Below are positions 42,637 to 52,144 of a DNA stretch of 64,000 nucleotides, in pieces; position 1 is the first letter of the stretch, and each line of letters begins with the position of its first letter. The translations under genes and the position numbers were made by a program. The notes under the pieces were generated by a model. The model was not told where the DNA came from. It worked only from the letters and a program-made list of their open reading frames with translations, and made no database searches. This DNA is from a bacterium (GTDB lineage: Bacteria; JAAXHH01). Location of the stretch: assembly GCA_965117045.1 (NCBI GenBank), contig OZ220749.1:1896105-1960104 (forward strand). Direction: 5' to 3'.

Positions 42637-45066
42637 TCACCATCGCAGGGGCCGCTGCCATGCTTCCTTCAATATGGACAATTTAGTAGAAACGATCTCA
42701 TCGCCGCCGAGCCCGCGCACGCGGAAGCGGTCCTCCCCGGTCACGGTCCCCGCGCGGCTGAACGGGCTTCCTTCCATCTGCGCTTCGAAGTCGGCTTCCC
42801 GGCCCGCGGGCACCTCCACCACGAAACGGCTGTTCGACTCGGAAAACAGGACGGTGTCGTCGCGGTCCGCTTCCGGGTCCCGGGGCACGGCTTCCAGGTC
42901 CAGGGCCATGCCGTATCCGCCCGCGAAGGCCATTTCCGCCGCGGCCACGGCGAGGCCGCCCTCGGAGCAGTCGTGACAGGCGGCCACGAGGCCTTGCGAG
43001 ATGGCCTCGTGCAACCGGTTCATGATCCCGATCCCGGCCGCCGCGTCCACCGTCGGCACGTTCCGCCCGACGAATCCGAGCATGCGGTAGTACCGCGAAC
43101 CGCCCAGCTCGTCGCGCGTGCGTCCCACGACATAGATGCTGTTTCCCGGCGCCTTGACGTCCATGCTGACCGCCTTGCGCACATCGTCCATCACGCATAT
43201 GGCCGAAATGAGCAGCGTGGGCGGGATGGCGATGGTCCGTTCGCCGTGGGAGAACTCGTTGTAGAAGCTGTCCTTCCCTGAGATGAAAGGCGTGCCGTAG
43301 GCTACCGCGATGTCGTAACAGGCTTTGGCCGCGCGGACCAGCGCGGCGAGGCGGTCCGGCTTGTCCGGATTGCCCCAGCAGAAGTTGTCCAGCAGCGCGG
43401 TCCGGTCGATACGCCCCCCGACGCAGGTGACCTGGCGAAGGGCCTCGTCGATGGCCGAGGCGGCCATCCAGTACGGATCGAGGTCGCCATAGGATGGGTT
43501 GATGCCGTTGGCGACGATGACGCCCCGGTCCGACGAGAGCACGGGACGCATGACGGCGGCGTCGCCCGGGCCGTCGTTCCGTGCGCCCTGCAGCGGTTTC
43601 AGGACGCTTCCGCCCTGCACCTCGTGATCGTACTGGCGGACGACCCATTCCTTGCTCGCCACGTTCCAGGACGACAGCAGCCGGACCAGGCTCTGCGCGG
43701 GACCGGGACGGCCGGCCACGGGAGGCTCGGGATGGTCCGGAGGATCCCACCGGGCCGTCCGGACGATGCGAGGCACCCCCTGGTGCAGGAACGCCATGTC
43801 CAGGTCCGCGACGGTGATCCGGCGGTCCGCCGCACCGGGCTTGTGGGTGACCCTGAGCCGGCGGTCGCCGGTGAATTCGCCGATCACCGAGGCCTCGACA
43901 TCCTCGCTCGCGCAGAGTTCCCGCAGGGCCTCGATGTGCTCGGGGGGAACGGCCAGGATCATGCGTTCCTGGGATTCCGAGAGAAAGATCTCCCACGGTT
44001 TCAGGCCGCCGTATTTCAGGGGGGCCTTCTCCAGGTGCACTTCCGCGCCCGTGTTTTCTCCCATCTCGCCGATGGCCGATGAAAACCCGCCGGCGCCGCA
44101 ATCGGTGATGTTACGGTAGAGCTTGCGGTCCCGCGCCTGCATCAGGACGTCGAGGATCTTCTTCTCCTCGATGGGATTCCCGATTTGAACGGCCTGCGTG
44201 GCGGTGGATTCCGAAGCGTCGGTCAACTCGATGGACGAGAACGTGGCCCCGTGGATGCCGTCTCTGCCCGTCCGCCCGCCGATGGTGACGACAAGATCGC
44301 CCGGCTCGGCTGATTTCTCGCACCGGTCGACCGGGATGATGGCCGCCGTGCCGCAGTATACCAGCGGATTGCCCAGGTACCGCTCGTCGAACAGGATGGC
44401 TCCGTTGACGGTCGGTATGCCCATGCGGTTGCCGTAGTCGCGGACGCCGGCCACGACGCCCTTGAAGACGCGTTTCGGGTGCAATACGCCTTCCGGGAGA
44501 TCCTCGTAGGGGAAGTCGGGCGGCGCGAAGCAGAAGACGTCCGTGTTGAATATGGGCTTGCCGCCCAGGCCCGTCCCGAGCGGGTCGCGAATGACCCCGC
44601 CGATGCCCGTGTTGGCGCCGCCGTAGGGATCCAGCGCCGAAGGATGGTTATGGGTTTCTACCTTGAAGACGAGATGATAGTCGTCGTCGAATTCGATGAT
44701 CCCGGCGTTGTCGACGAACACGGATACGCAGCGATCGTTCGGTCCCTGGGCCCGGCGGATATCCTCGGTCGCCTTTCGGATGGTGCGGGCGAAGAGGTTG
44801 TCGATGCGCTCCGTCTTCCGGCCCGATACGTAGTCGATGACCCCGTTGAAGACCTTGTGCTTGCAGTGCTCGGACCAGGTCTGGGCGAGCGTCTCCATTT
44901 CGACGTCCGTCGGGTCGCGACCGAGCACGCTGAAGTGTTGCCGGATCGACCGCATTTCCTCCAGGTTGAGCGCCAGCATGCCGTCCCGGCTCAGCCGCGT
45001 CATTTCATCGTCGGTCGCCTTCAGCAGGGAGAAGGTCTCAACCGTGTCGTCGGGCTCGAAGGTCAT
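42637..45066 (-). CDS. purL: Phosphoribosylformylglycinamidine synthase II
   Basis: 809 aa. Typical smPurL blocks ETHNHPSA, GGAN/TGIGG, and duplicated AIR-synthase-like domains. Confidence 0.95.
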   Translation of the reverse strand: MTFEPDDTVETFSLLKATDDEMTRLSRDGMLALNLEEMRSIRQHFSVLGRDPTDVEMETLAQTWSEHCKHKVFNGVIDYVSGRKTERIDNLFARTIRKATEDIRRAQGPNDRCVSVFVDNAGIIEFDDDYHLVFKVETHNHPSALDPYGGANTGIGGVIRDPLGTGLGGKPIFNTDVFCFAPPDFPYEDLPEGVLHPKRVFKGVVAGVRDYGNRMGIPTVNGAILFDERYLGNPLVYCGTAAIIPVDRCEKSAEPGDLVVTIGGRTGRDGIHGATFSSIELTDASESTATQAVQIGNPIEEKKILDVLMQARDRKLYRNITDCGAGGFSSAIGEMGENTGAEVHLEKAPLKYGGLKPWEIFLSESQERMILAVPPEHIEALRELCASEDVEASVIGEFTGDRRLRVTHKPGAADRRITVADLDMAFLHQGVPRIVRTARWDPPDHPEPPVAGRPGPAQSLVRLLSSWNVASKEWVVRQYDHEVQGGSVLKPLQGARNDGPGDAAVMRPVLSSDRGVIVANGINPSYGDLDPYWMAASAIDEALRQVTCVGGRIDRTALLDNFCWGNPDKPDRLAALVRAAKACYDIAVAYGTPFISGKDSFYNEFSHGERTIAIPPTLLISAICVMDDVRKAVSMDVKAPGNSIYVVGRTRDELGGSRYYRMLGFVGRNVPTVDAAAGIGIMNRLHEAISQGLVAACHDCSEGGLAVAAAEMAFAGGYGMALDLEAVPRDPEADRDDTVLFSESNSRFVVEVPAGREADFEAQMEGSPFSRAGTVTGEDRFRVRGLGGDEIVSTKLSILKEAWQRPLRW

Positions 45067-45551
45067 TGGCCCCCTTCATAACATGCGTATCGTTCGATCA
45101 CGTCGTTGGCCAGCAGGCGACGGCAAATGGTGTCGACCTGCGACCGGATGATCGAACCTGCCAGGATGTAGCCCCGCCCGGTGTCCACCGATTCAATCCC
45201 CGCGACGCCCAGGTCGCGGCTGCCTTTCAGCGCCGTTTCGCCCACGGCGTCGGTTACCCCGGGCCTGAACCACACTTCCACGCCCCACTCTCCGGGAGCG
45301 ACCGGCAGGTCCGCGTCGGCGATTTCGAGATGTTCCTGGGTGACCGGATCGGCGAGCAGACCGGTGGTGATCCGGTCCAGTTCGGCGGCCGACAGGGCGC
45401 CGTGGAGCGCGTAGAGCCGGACGTGCCGAACGCCCTCGACGCCCCCGATGCCCAAGTCGAGGATATCGCCGCGGAGACTTTCGCCCACGGCATCCACCAC
45501 GTCTTTCCTGTTCACGACGGCAATACGTCGGGTCTTCGATTCCGCGGCCAT
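45063..45551 (-). CDS. purS: Tandem double PurS-like protein (FGAM synthase PurS-PurS fusion)
   Basis: 162 aa, about twice the normal PurS length. Both halves are PurS-like (…LLADPVTQEHLE and …LLANDVIERYACYEG). 4-nt overlap with the purL start. Confidence 0.75.
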   Translation of the reverse strand: MAAESKTRRIAVVNRKDVVDAVGESLRGDILDLGIGGVEGVRHVRLYALHGALSAAELDRITTGLLADPVTQEHLEIADADLPVAPGEWGVEVWFRPGVTDAVGETALKGSRDLGVAGIESVDTGRGYILAGSIIRSQVDTICRRLLANDVIERYACYEGGQ

Positions 45552-45617
45552 CCGCTGTTGTTTCCTCCGCGGGAAGGATCTCCGTTCGTGGGGTCGGCGT
45601 CCGATTTCGCGAGTGCC

Positions 45618-45646
45618 AATTTATCCACCGGCCCTTCGCCTGTCAA
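45618..45646 (-). promoter_or_regulatory. Putative sigma-70 promoter of the purS-purL-purQ operon
   Basis: On the minus strand: TTGACA (45646-45641), 17-nt spacer, TAAATT (45623-45618). About 60 nt upstream of the purS ATG. Confidence 0.55.
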
Positions 45647-45663
45647 TCCTAAAGGGAAAACAC

Positions 45664-45692
45664 TTGACTTGACGGGCGTTTCGGTGTAATTT
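45664..45692 (+). promoter_or_regulatory. Putative sigma-70 promoter facing the sigma-factor gene (long leader)
   Basis: TTGACT (45664-45669), 17-nt spacer, TAATTT (45687-45692). Back-to-back with the pur promoter, 17 bp apart. Confidence 0.5.
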
Positions 45693-46125
45693 GTTCACAC
45701 TGGGACCGTTCGCCCGGGCTATGCCTTGTCGATGGTCCGTGTGATCCGAGCATGTTTGGATTGCGGTCGTATACGACGGCGATCCTTCCCGGTTCCCACT
45801 GGCTTAAGCAACGACGCAATTACGATTTTAAACGCGCACCCGCCGGAACGTCCTTTCCGTCTGTCTGACGATGGCGTCTTTGCCGCTCGCATTTTCCGGA
45901 CCGTTTTTACAGGACCCTGTATGGCACGCATCGTTCAGCACACCGTTCACGCCACAATCGATCACGGGGTAACGGGAAACGGGCCCGTATAGGCCGGAGC
46001 GGACGGGACAGAAGCGCACTGCGCATGTCGCGAGGGGGAGGTGAAGCAACATCGGCACATCATACCAGGAATCCTATGGAAACGGGGCCAGGTACGAACA
46101 GGCACTGTACCGCTACCTGGCCGAA

Positions 46126-46926
46126 ATGTCCAAGTATCCCTTGATCACGGCCGAGGAGGAAGTGCGGCTGGCCCGGCTGATCAAGCAGGGCGACCAGAAT
46201 GCGCTGGACCAGCTGGTGAAGGCCAATCTCAGGTTCGTCGTCAGCGTGGCCCGTCAGTACCAGAACTACGGCCTGCCCCTGCTGGACATGATCAACGAGG
46301 GCAACATGGGCCTCATGCGGGCCGCCAAGAAATTCGATGAAACCAGGGGGTACAAGTTCATCTCCTATGCCGTCTGGTGGATACGCCAGGCCATCATCCA
46401 GTCCATCGCCAACCAGTCGAGGACCGTCCGCGTCCCCGTCAACCGCTCCGAAGAACTCCGCCGCATCAAACAGACCTCAAAGCACTTGCAGCACGAACTC
46501 GGCCGCAAGCCCGAAATCGATGAAATCGCCGAGGAAATGGACATATCGGTCGAAGAGATCAACGAGGCCCTCAGTTCGTTCAGCCACTGCATTTCCCTGG
46601 ACGTGCCCTTCAATCACGACGACGACCGCAGCCTGCTCGACCTCCTGCCCGATGAAATGCAGACGGCGCCTGACGAGAGTACCATGCTGCAGTTCCTGAA
46701 GTCGGACGTCGGCAAGGTGCTGGACACCCTGCCGCCCCGGGAGGCGGAAGTGATCCGCCTGTATTTCGGCGTGGGTTCGGAAAGGGCGCACACACTGGAG
46801 GAGATCGGCATCCGGTTCGGCCTGACGCGGGAGCGGATCCGCCAGATCAAGGAACGGGCGCTGCAGCGTCTGCGTCACGCGACCCGCAGCGGCAAGCTCA
46901 GCCCTTACCTCCGGGACGACGACTGA
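46126..46926 (+). CDS. rpoD: RNA polymerase sigma-70 family factor, short Bacteroidetes-like primary type. The coding region probably begins upstream at 46051 (see findings).
   Basis: Region 2 NLRFVVSVARQYQNYGLPLLDMINEGNMGLMRAAKKFD..FISYAVWWIRQAI, region 3, and region 4.2 LEEIGIRFGLTRERIRQIKERAL. Coordinates run from the first ATG. The in-frame upstream codons encode region 1.2 (ALYRYLAE-M). Confidence 0.9.
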   Translation: MSKYPLITAEEEVRLARLIKQGDQNALDQLVKANLRFVVSVARQYQNYGLPLLDMINEGNMGLMRAAKKFDETRGYKFISYAVWWIRQAIIQSIANQSRTVRVPVNRSEELRRIKQTSKHLQHELGRKPEIDEIAEEMDISVEEINEALSSFSHCISLDVPFNHDDDRSLLDLLPDEMQTAPDESTMLQFLKSDVGKVLDTLPPREAEVIRLYFGVGSERAHTLEEIGIRFGLTRERIRQIKERALQRLRHATRSGKLSPYLRDDD

Positions 46927-46961
46927 CAGGGCATGACCTTCCGTTTGAATACCGCACGCAA

Positions 46962-46997
46962 CCCCGGCGCGCATACGCTTGTCCGCCGGGGTTTTTT
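46962..46997 (+). terminator. Rho-independent terminator after the sigma-factor gene
   Basis: CCCCGGCG (46962-46969) pairs with CGCCGGGG (46984-46991) and is followed by TTTTTT (46992-46997). Confidence 0.75.
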
Positions 46998-47046
46998 CAT
47001 GAGCGAAAACAGCCCCGACCCGACCGTTCCGCCGCGAAGAAAAGAG

Positions 47047-47075
47047 TTGTCCCGGCCCGGCCGCTCCCTTAAGTT
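47047..47075 (+). promoter_or_regulatory. Possible promoter for secA
   Basis: TTGTCC (47047-47052), 17-nt spacer, TAAGTT (47070-47075). About 60 nt upstream of the secA ATG. Confidence 0.35.
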
Positions 47076-47138
47076 TCATGGTTGGAGTACAGGCTGGCAG
47101 CGCGCCAGCGGGACACCGAATACCAAGGATCAGAGACC

Positions 47139-50100
47139 ATGCTCACCCCGATCAAGAACCTGATCGCCAGCGCTTTCGGGACCAAGCACGACCGGGACGT
47201 CAAGCGGATGGAACCGCTCGTCGAGGCCGTCAATGAATGGGCCGACGAATACCAGACGCTCGACGAAGGGCAGTTCCCCGAAAAAACGCGGGAATTCCGG
47301 GCCCGGTGGGAGGACGGAGAGGAACTGGACGACCTCCTTCCCGAAGCCTACGGCCTGGTCAAGGAAGCCTGCAGGCGCATGCTCGGCAGGTCGTGGTTCG
47401 TCCCCGGCCAGGGCGACATGGTGTGGGACATGACGCCTTACGACGTGCAGATCATCGGCGGGATCGTGCTTCACGAAGGCAAGATCGCCGAGATGGCAAC
47501 GGGTGAGGGCAAGACGCTCGTTGCCCTTTTCCCCATGTATCTCAACGGACTGACCGGACGCGGCGCCCACCTGGTGACGCACAACGAGTTCCTCGCTACG
47601 CGCGACCGGGCCTGGATGGGACCGGTCTTCGAGTTCCTCGGGCTCACGGTCGAGTGCCTGCAGAACAACGATCCCGATATGGAGCGGAAGAAAGCCGGCT
47701 ACCAGGCGGACGTGACCTACGGGACCACCAACGAATTCGGCTTCGACTACCTCCGGGACAACATGAAGTGGCGCCTGGAGGACCGCGTGCAGCGGGGCCA
47801 CCCTTACGCGATCGTGGACGAGGTGGATTCCATCCTGATCGACGAGGCGCGCACGCCCCTCATCATCGCGGGCCAGGTAAGCGAGTCGAACACCGGCAAG
47901 TACGCCGAGTCGCTGCCGGACGTGCAGAAACTCGTGCGGGCCCAGACCCGCTTCGTGGCGAAGATCGTCTCGGAGGCGGAAGCGGTGCTGGACAACGAAG
48001 AGGACGACTACGACGCCGGGATCAAGCTGCTGCAGGCGCAGCGGGGCATGCCGAAGAACAAGAAGCTCCTCAAGCTGCAGCAGGAACCCGGCATCAAGAA
48101 GCTGATCCAGCAGGTAGAGGGGGACTACATACGCGAGAAGAAGATGCCCGTGCTTGACGACGAGCTTTTCTTCACGGTCAACGAGAAAAACCGCCATACC
48201 GAGATCAACGAGAAGGGCCGGGAGCTCCTTTCACCGGGCGAGCAGGAACTCTTCATCATACCCGACCTCGGCGAAGGCATCGTGGAAATCGAGTCGGACG
48301 CCGGTCTGAGCGAGCAGCAGCAGGACGAACGGAAAGCCGAGCTGGAGAAACTCTACGCCGAACGCAGCGAACGTATCCACAACATGCACCAGTTGCTCCA
48401 GGCCTACGCGATCTACGAAAAGGACATCGATTACGTCATCGAGAACGGGAAGGTAGTCCTGGTCGACACCTTCACGGGCCGGCTGATGTACGGCAGACGG
48501 CTGGCCGAGGGCCTGCACCAGGCCATCGAGGCCAAGGAAGGCGTGAAGATCGAGCAGGAAACGCGCACGGTCGCGTCCATCACCATACAGAATTACTTCC
48601 GCATGTACGGGAAGCTGGCGGGCATGACCGGCACGGCCGTGACGGAAGCGAGCGAGTTCTTCGCGATCTACAAGATGGACGTGGTGGAGATTCCGACCAA
48701 CCAGCCCGTCCGGCGCATCGACTACGACGACGTCGTCTTCCGTACCCGTCGCGAGAAGTATAACGCGGTCATCGATGAAATCGAGGAATTGAACGAAAAG
48801 CGCCAGCCCATCCTGATCGGGACCACCTCCGTCGACGCCTCGGAAACGCTGAGCCGCATGCTGAAGCGCCGGGGCATCAAGCACAACGTGCTGAACGCCA
48901 AGTTCCACCAGCAGGAATCCGAGATTATCGCGAATGCCGGCCAGCCCGGATCGGTAACCATCGCTACGAACATGGCGGGCCGGGGCACCGACATCAAGCT
49001 CGGCACGGGCGTAGTCGATCTCGGCGGACTCCACATCATCGGGACCGAACGCCACGAAGCGCGGCGCATCGACCGCCAGCTCCGGGGACGCTCCGGACGC
49101 CAGGGGGACCCGGGTTCGTCGCGGTTCTACCTCTCGCTCGAGGACGACCTGATGCGGCTCTTCGGCTCCGAGCGCATCGCCTCCGTCATGGACCGCCTGA
49201 AGATTCCGGAAGGAGAAGTGATCGAGCACTCCATGGTGACCCGGTCCATCGAACGCGCCCAGAAGCGCGTGGAGGCCCAGCATTTCGACATGCGTAAGCA
49301 CGTGCTCGAATACGACAACGTCATGAACCAGCAGCGCGAAGCCGTGTACGACCGTCGCCTGCTCGCCCTGGAGCGGAAGAACCTCAGGGAAGACGTCGTC
49401 GAGATGATCCGCGGCGTGGCTGAACGGAAGGTGGCGGAATACACCGATCCCAAGACCTATCCCGAGGACTGGGACCTGGACGGCCTGAGCGGCGACCTGG
49501 CCCGGAACTTCCACGTGGCCGTGGCCGTGGCCGAAGAGGAAATGGCGGATCTGAACGTGGAATCACTGGAGGAACTGGCCAACGAGAAGATGCTCGAATC
49601 CTACGAGCGGAAGGAAACAACTCTGGCGCCTTCGCCGGAACTGATGCGCGACCTGGAGCGCTTCGCCACCCTGCACGTCATCGACAACGCCTGGCAGGAG
49701 CACCTGTACGAAATCGACCGGATGCGTGAGGGCATCGGCCTGCGCGCCTACGGCCAGTTGGATCCCCTGATCCAGTACAAGAAGGAAGCCTACGCCATGT
49801 TCGAGGAGTTGTGGGACCGGCTGGACGAGGAGATCGTCAAGACCGTCTTCAATGCCGAACTGGCCGAAACGCGGATGCCGCGCCAGGAAACCCCGACCAA
49901 CATGCGGGCGATTCACCAGGAAGCCCCGGCCATGGCCGGCATGGCCGGCGCGGCCACGGATGACACCGACGTGGACGCCGGCGTCCAGCAACGCGGGCGG
50001 ACCAGGCAGTCCAGGCAGTCCGGACGACGCGGCGGCCGTTCCGACGGGGACCCGTCCCGTCCGGTCAGGGTCGAACAGAAAATCGGCCGAAACGCGCCCT

Positions 50101-50156
50101 GTCCCTGCGGCAGCGGGAAGAAGTACAAGAAGTGCTGCGGAGCCGGCGTCGCCTGA
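47139..50156 (+). CDS. secA: Preprotein translocase ATPase SecA
   Basis: Start MLTPIKNLIASAFGTKHDRDVKRM. MATGEGKTLVA, DEVDSILIDEARTPLII, TNMAGRGTDI. C-terminal zinc motif CPCGSGKKYKKCCG. Confidence 0.97.
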   Translation: MLTPIKNLIASAFGTKHDRDVKRMEPLVEAVNEWADEYQTLDEGQFPEKTREFRARWEDGEELDDLLPEAYGLVKEACRRMLGRSWFVPGQGDMVWDMTPYDVQIIGGIVLHEGKIAEMATGEGKTLVALFPMYLNGLTGRGAHLVTHNEFLATRDRAWMGPVFEFLGLTVECLQNNDPDMERKKAGYQADVTYGTTNEFGFDYLRDNMKWRLEDRVQRGHPYAIVDEVDSILIDEARTPLIIAGQVSESNTGKYAESLPDVQKLVRAQTRFVAKIVSEAEAVLDNEEDDYDAGIKLLQAQRGMPKNKKLLKLQQEPGIKKLIQQVEGDYIREKKMPVLDDELFFTVNEKNRHTEINEKGRELLSPGEQELFIIPDLGEGIVEIESDAGLSEQQQDERKAELEKLYAERSERIHNMHQLLQAYAIYEKDIDYVIENGKVVLVDTFTGRLMYGRRLAEGLHQAIEAKEGVKIEQETRTVASITIQNYFRMYGKLAGMTGTAVTEASEFFAIYKMDVVEIPTNQPVRRIDYDDVVFRTRREKYNAVIDEIEELNEKRQPILIGTTSVDASETLSRMLKRRGIKHNVLNAKFHQQESEIIANAGQPGSVTIATNMAGRGTDIKLGTGVVDLGGLHIIGTERHEARRIDRQLRGRSGRQGDPGSSRFYLSLEDDLMRLFGSERIASVMDRLKIPEGEVIEHSMVTRSIERAQKRVEAQHFDMRKHVLEYDNVMNQQREAVYDRRLLALERKNLREDVVEMIRGVAERKVAEYTDPKTYPEDWDLDGLSGDLARNFHVAVAVAEEEMADLNVESLEELANEKMLESYERKETTLAPSPELMRDLERFATLHVIDNAWQEHLYEIDRMREGIGLRAYGQLDPLIQYKKEAYAMFEELWDRLDEEIVKTVFNAELAETRMPRQETPTNMRAIHQEAPAMAGMAGAATDDTDVDAGVQQRGRTRQSRQSGRRGGRSDGDPSRPVRVEQKIGRNAPCPCGSGKKYKKCCGAGVA

Positions 50157-50218
50157 CCAGACCGAGGCACGCGTCAGCTACCTTAAGCGCTTGAATTCGA
50201 TCCCACCGGAAAACCGTT

Positions 50219-50995
50219 CTATTCCTCTTCGGCGCCAATCTGGCCCAGGTCCAGATCCAGTTCGTCGCGCCGCTGGTTCTTCGTGATCCTTCCGTCCTGC
50301 ACCCACAGGATGCGGTCTGAAACGTCCAGCATCTTCAGATCGTGGGTCGCCGAAATGATCGTCACCTGCTTTTCCTGGTTCAGCTCCCGCAACAGCTCGA
50401 TGATCTCCCGTCCCGTTTTCCGGTCCAGGTTGCCCGTGGGTTCGTCCGCGAGGACGATGGCCGGGTCGTTGGCCAGGGCGCGGGCCACGGCGACACGCTG
50501 CTGCTGCCCGCCGGACAGTTCCAGCGGCTTGTGCTGGACCCGTTCGCCGAGCCCCACCAGCGTCAGCAGGTCGACGCCCTTGTCGATGGCCTCGTCCGTC
50601 GCCAGGCCGGCGAAAATCATCGGCAGGGTGACGTTCTCCAGGGCGGTCATGACCGGAATCAGGTTGAAGGTCTGGAAGATGTAGCCGATCTTGCGGCACC
50701 GCAGCCAGGCCAGTTCGTAGGCGTCCAGCTGGGCGACGTCGACCTCGTCGATGTAGACCTTGCCCTCTGTGGGCTTGTCCAGCGCGCCGATCATGTTGAA
50801 CAGGGTGGACTTGCCCGAGCCCGACGGGCCCATGATGGAGATGTACTCCCCGCGCTGGACCTCCATGTCGATACCCTTGAGCGCCTCCAGGGAGAGCTTG
50901 CCCATCTGGTACACCCGCTTGACCCCGCGCGTGCGCACGATATTCTGGGTCTCGGTATCCGGCGCGTCCATTACCGCGGTCTGCTCTTCAGTCAT
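50219..50995 (-). CDS. ABC transporter ATP-binding protein (MacB/LolD/FtsE-like subfamily)
   Basis: 258 aa. GPSGSGKST, LSGGQQQRVAVARAL, LADEPTGNLD. Confidence 0.92.
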   Translation of the reverse strand: MTEEQTAVMDAPDTETQNIVRTRGVKRVYQMGKLSLEALKGIDMEVQRGEYISIMGPSGSGKSTLFNMIGALDKPTEGKVYIDEVDVAQLDAYELAWLRCRKIGYIFQTFNLIPVMTALENVTLPMIFAGLATDEAIDKGVDLLTLVGLGERVQHKPLELSGGQQQRVAVARALANDPAIVLADEPTGNLDRKTGREIIELLRELNQEKQVTIISATHDLKMLDVSDRILWVQDGRITKNQRRDELDLDLGQIGAEEE

Positions 50996-51043
50996 TTCCC
51001 GCCCCTTTCAGGTCTACTTTCCGGTTTGATGCCATCCAGCAAA

Positions 51044-51080
51044 GTGTTCCGGTGGTACGGTGTTCCGGTGGTACGGTGGT
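51044..51080. repeat. 16-bp x2.3 tandem repeat between the FtsX-like permease stop and the ATPase start
   Basis: gtgttccggtggtacg x2, then the partial copy gtggt. Confidence 0.85.
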
Positions 51081-51089
51081 ATGCCCTCG

Positions 51090-51752
51090 TCAGACTTCCG
51101 TGCGCATGGCGTCGGCCGGCGGCATCTGGGACGCCCGGTACGCTGGGTACAGCGCGCCGATGATGGCGAGGCCCAGTCCAGCCCCCAGCGAATACAGGCC
51201 GCTTTGGGCCACCTCCAGCACCGGGAACAGCACCAGGGGATCCCATCCGTAAGAGGTCATCATCGAGACCAGCATGAACAGGCAGCCCAGGATGACCCCG
51301 CCTACCGATCCGACCAGTCCCTGGAAGGTGGACTCCAGCACGAAAAGCTGAATGATAAACTTGTCCAGGGCGCCCAGGCACTTCATGGTGCCGATTTCAC
51401 GGTACCTTTCGGTTACCGACATCAGCATGGCGTTGGTGATGCCGACGACGCACACGAGCAGAGAGAGAGAAACAAGCCATACCTGCTGCGTCGCCGAATC
51501 GCCGTCCGCGCCTTTCTGTTCCAGCAATGCCCGGACCTGGGGGGAACCGCCTTCCACGAGCGCCTCGTTGATGGAGGCGCTGGTCAGGATGGACATGAGA
51601 AAGGCGATGCCGAAGAAGATGCCTCCGATCGTGATCAGCGACCGCCAGAACCGGATCCTCAGGCTGCGGAAACTGATCTCGATCGCCTTGGACAGGGGCA
51701 GCGATATCTGTTTCTCCGTCGTGCCGGCCGTCGCGGCCGATTCCGTCGTCAT
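51090..51752 (-). CDS. Minimal FtsX-like ABC permease (4 TM, very short extracytoplasmic loop)
   Basis: 220 aa. TM1 LITIGGIFFGIAFLMSILTSA, then a loop of about 30 aa, then the FtsX domain NAMLMSVTERYREIGTMKCLGA...YPAYRASQMPPADAMR. Confidence 0.85.
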   Translation of the reverse strand: MTTESAATAGTTEKQISLPLSKAIEISFRSLRIRFWRSLITIGGIFFGIAFLMSILTSASINEALVEGGSPQVRALLEQKGADGDSATQQVWLVSLSLLVCVVGITNAMLMSVTERYREIGTMKCLGALDKFIIQLFVLESTFQGLVGSVGGVILGCLFMLVSMMTSYGWDPLVLFPVLEVAQSGLYSLGAGLGLAIIGALYPAYRASQMPPADAMRTEV

Positions 51753-52144
51753 GCGTTCCTTTCTCCTTTTCTGTTTGCCACGGCCAGTCCGATCAACCCC
51801 TTCTCCGTGAGTTGTTTCAGGTAGGTCAGCGTGGAGACCTCCGCTTCCTTGCGTTCCAGCTTGTATTCGGTCCGGATCGTCGATATGACGTGATCCACCG
51901 TGTTCTGCCCGTCACACAACCCCCAGAGGAACGAACCGATACGGTCCAGCACTACCGTCCGCCGGCTCGGTACGTAGAACATCCGGGACATGGTGTTGAT
52001 CCACCACGTCTTGCGCCTCGGGATGCCCAGTACGATCTCCCCGTCGGAGTTCGTCTCGCAGGTCAGTTTCTCATTGCGAACCGGCTTCGCGCGCAACAAC
52101 TCCCTTCGGGGCAGCGGGGGCGGCTTCTTTCGAAACATCTGCAT
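51749..52144 (-). CDS. PqqD-family protein (RiPP recognition element-like peptide chaperone fold)
   Basis: 131 aa. ...DGEIVLGIPRR...VVLDRIGSFLWGLCDGQNTVDHVISTIRTEYKLERKEAEVSTLTYLKQLTEKGLI matches the PqqD (PF05402) pattern. Its stop overlaps the permease start by 4 nt. Confidence 0.8.
   Translation of the reverse strand: MQMFRKKPPPLPRRELLRAKPVRNEKLTCETNSDGEIVLGIPRRKTWWINTMSRMFYVPSRRTVVLDRIGSFLWGLCDGQNTVDHVISTIRTEYKLERKEAEVSTLTYLKQLTEKGLIGLAVANRKGERNA

Noticed and set aside
45726-45992. 88-aa ORF (and antisense ORFs 45719-45931 and 45828-46058) in the pur/sigma intergenic region.
   Set aside because: Third-codon positions are not GC-enriched as they are in real genes here. There is no SD and no motifs. 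The region is more likely a leader or ncRNA region.
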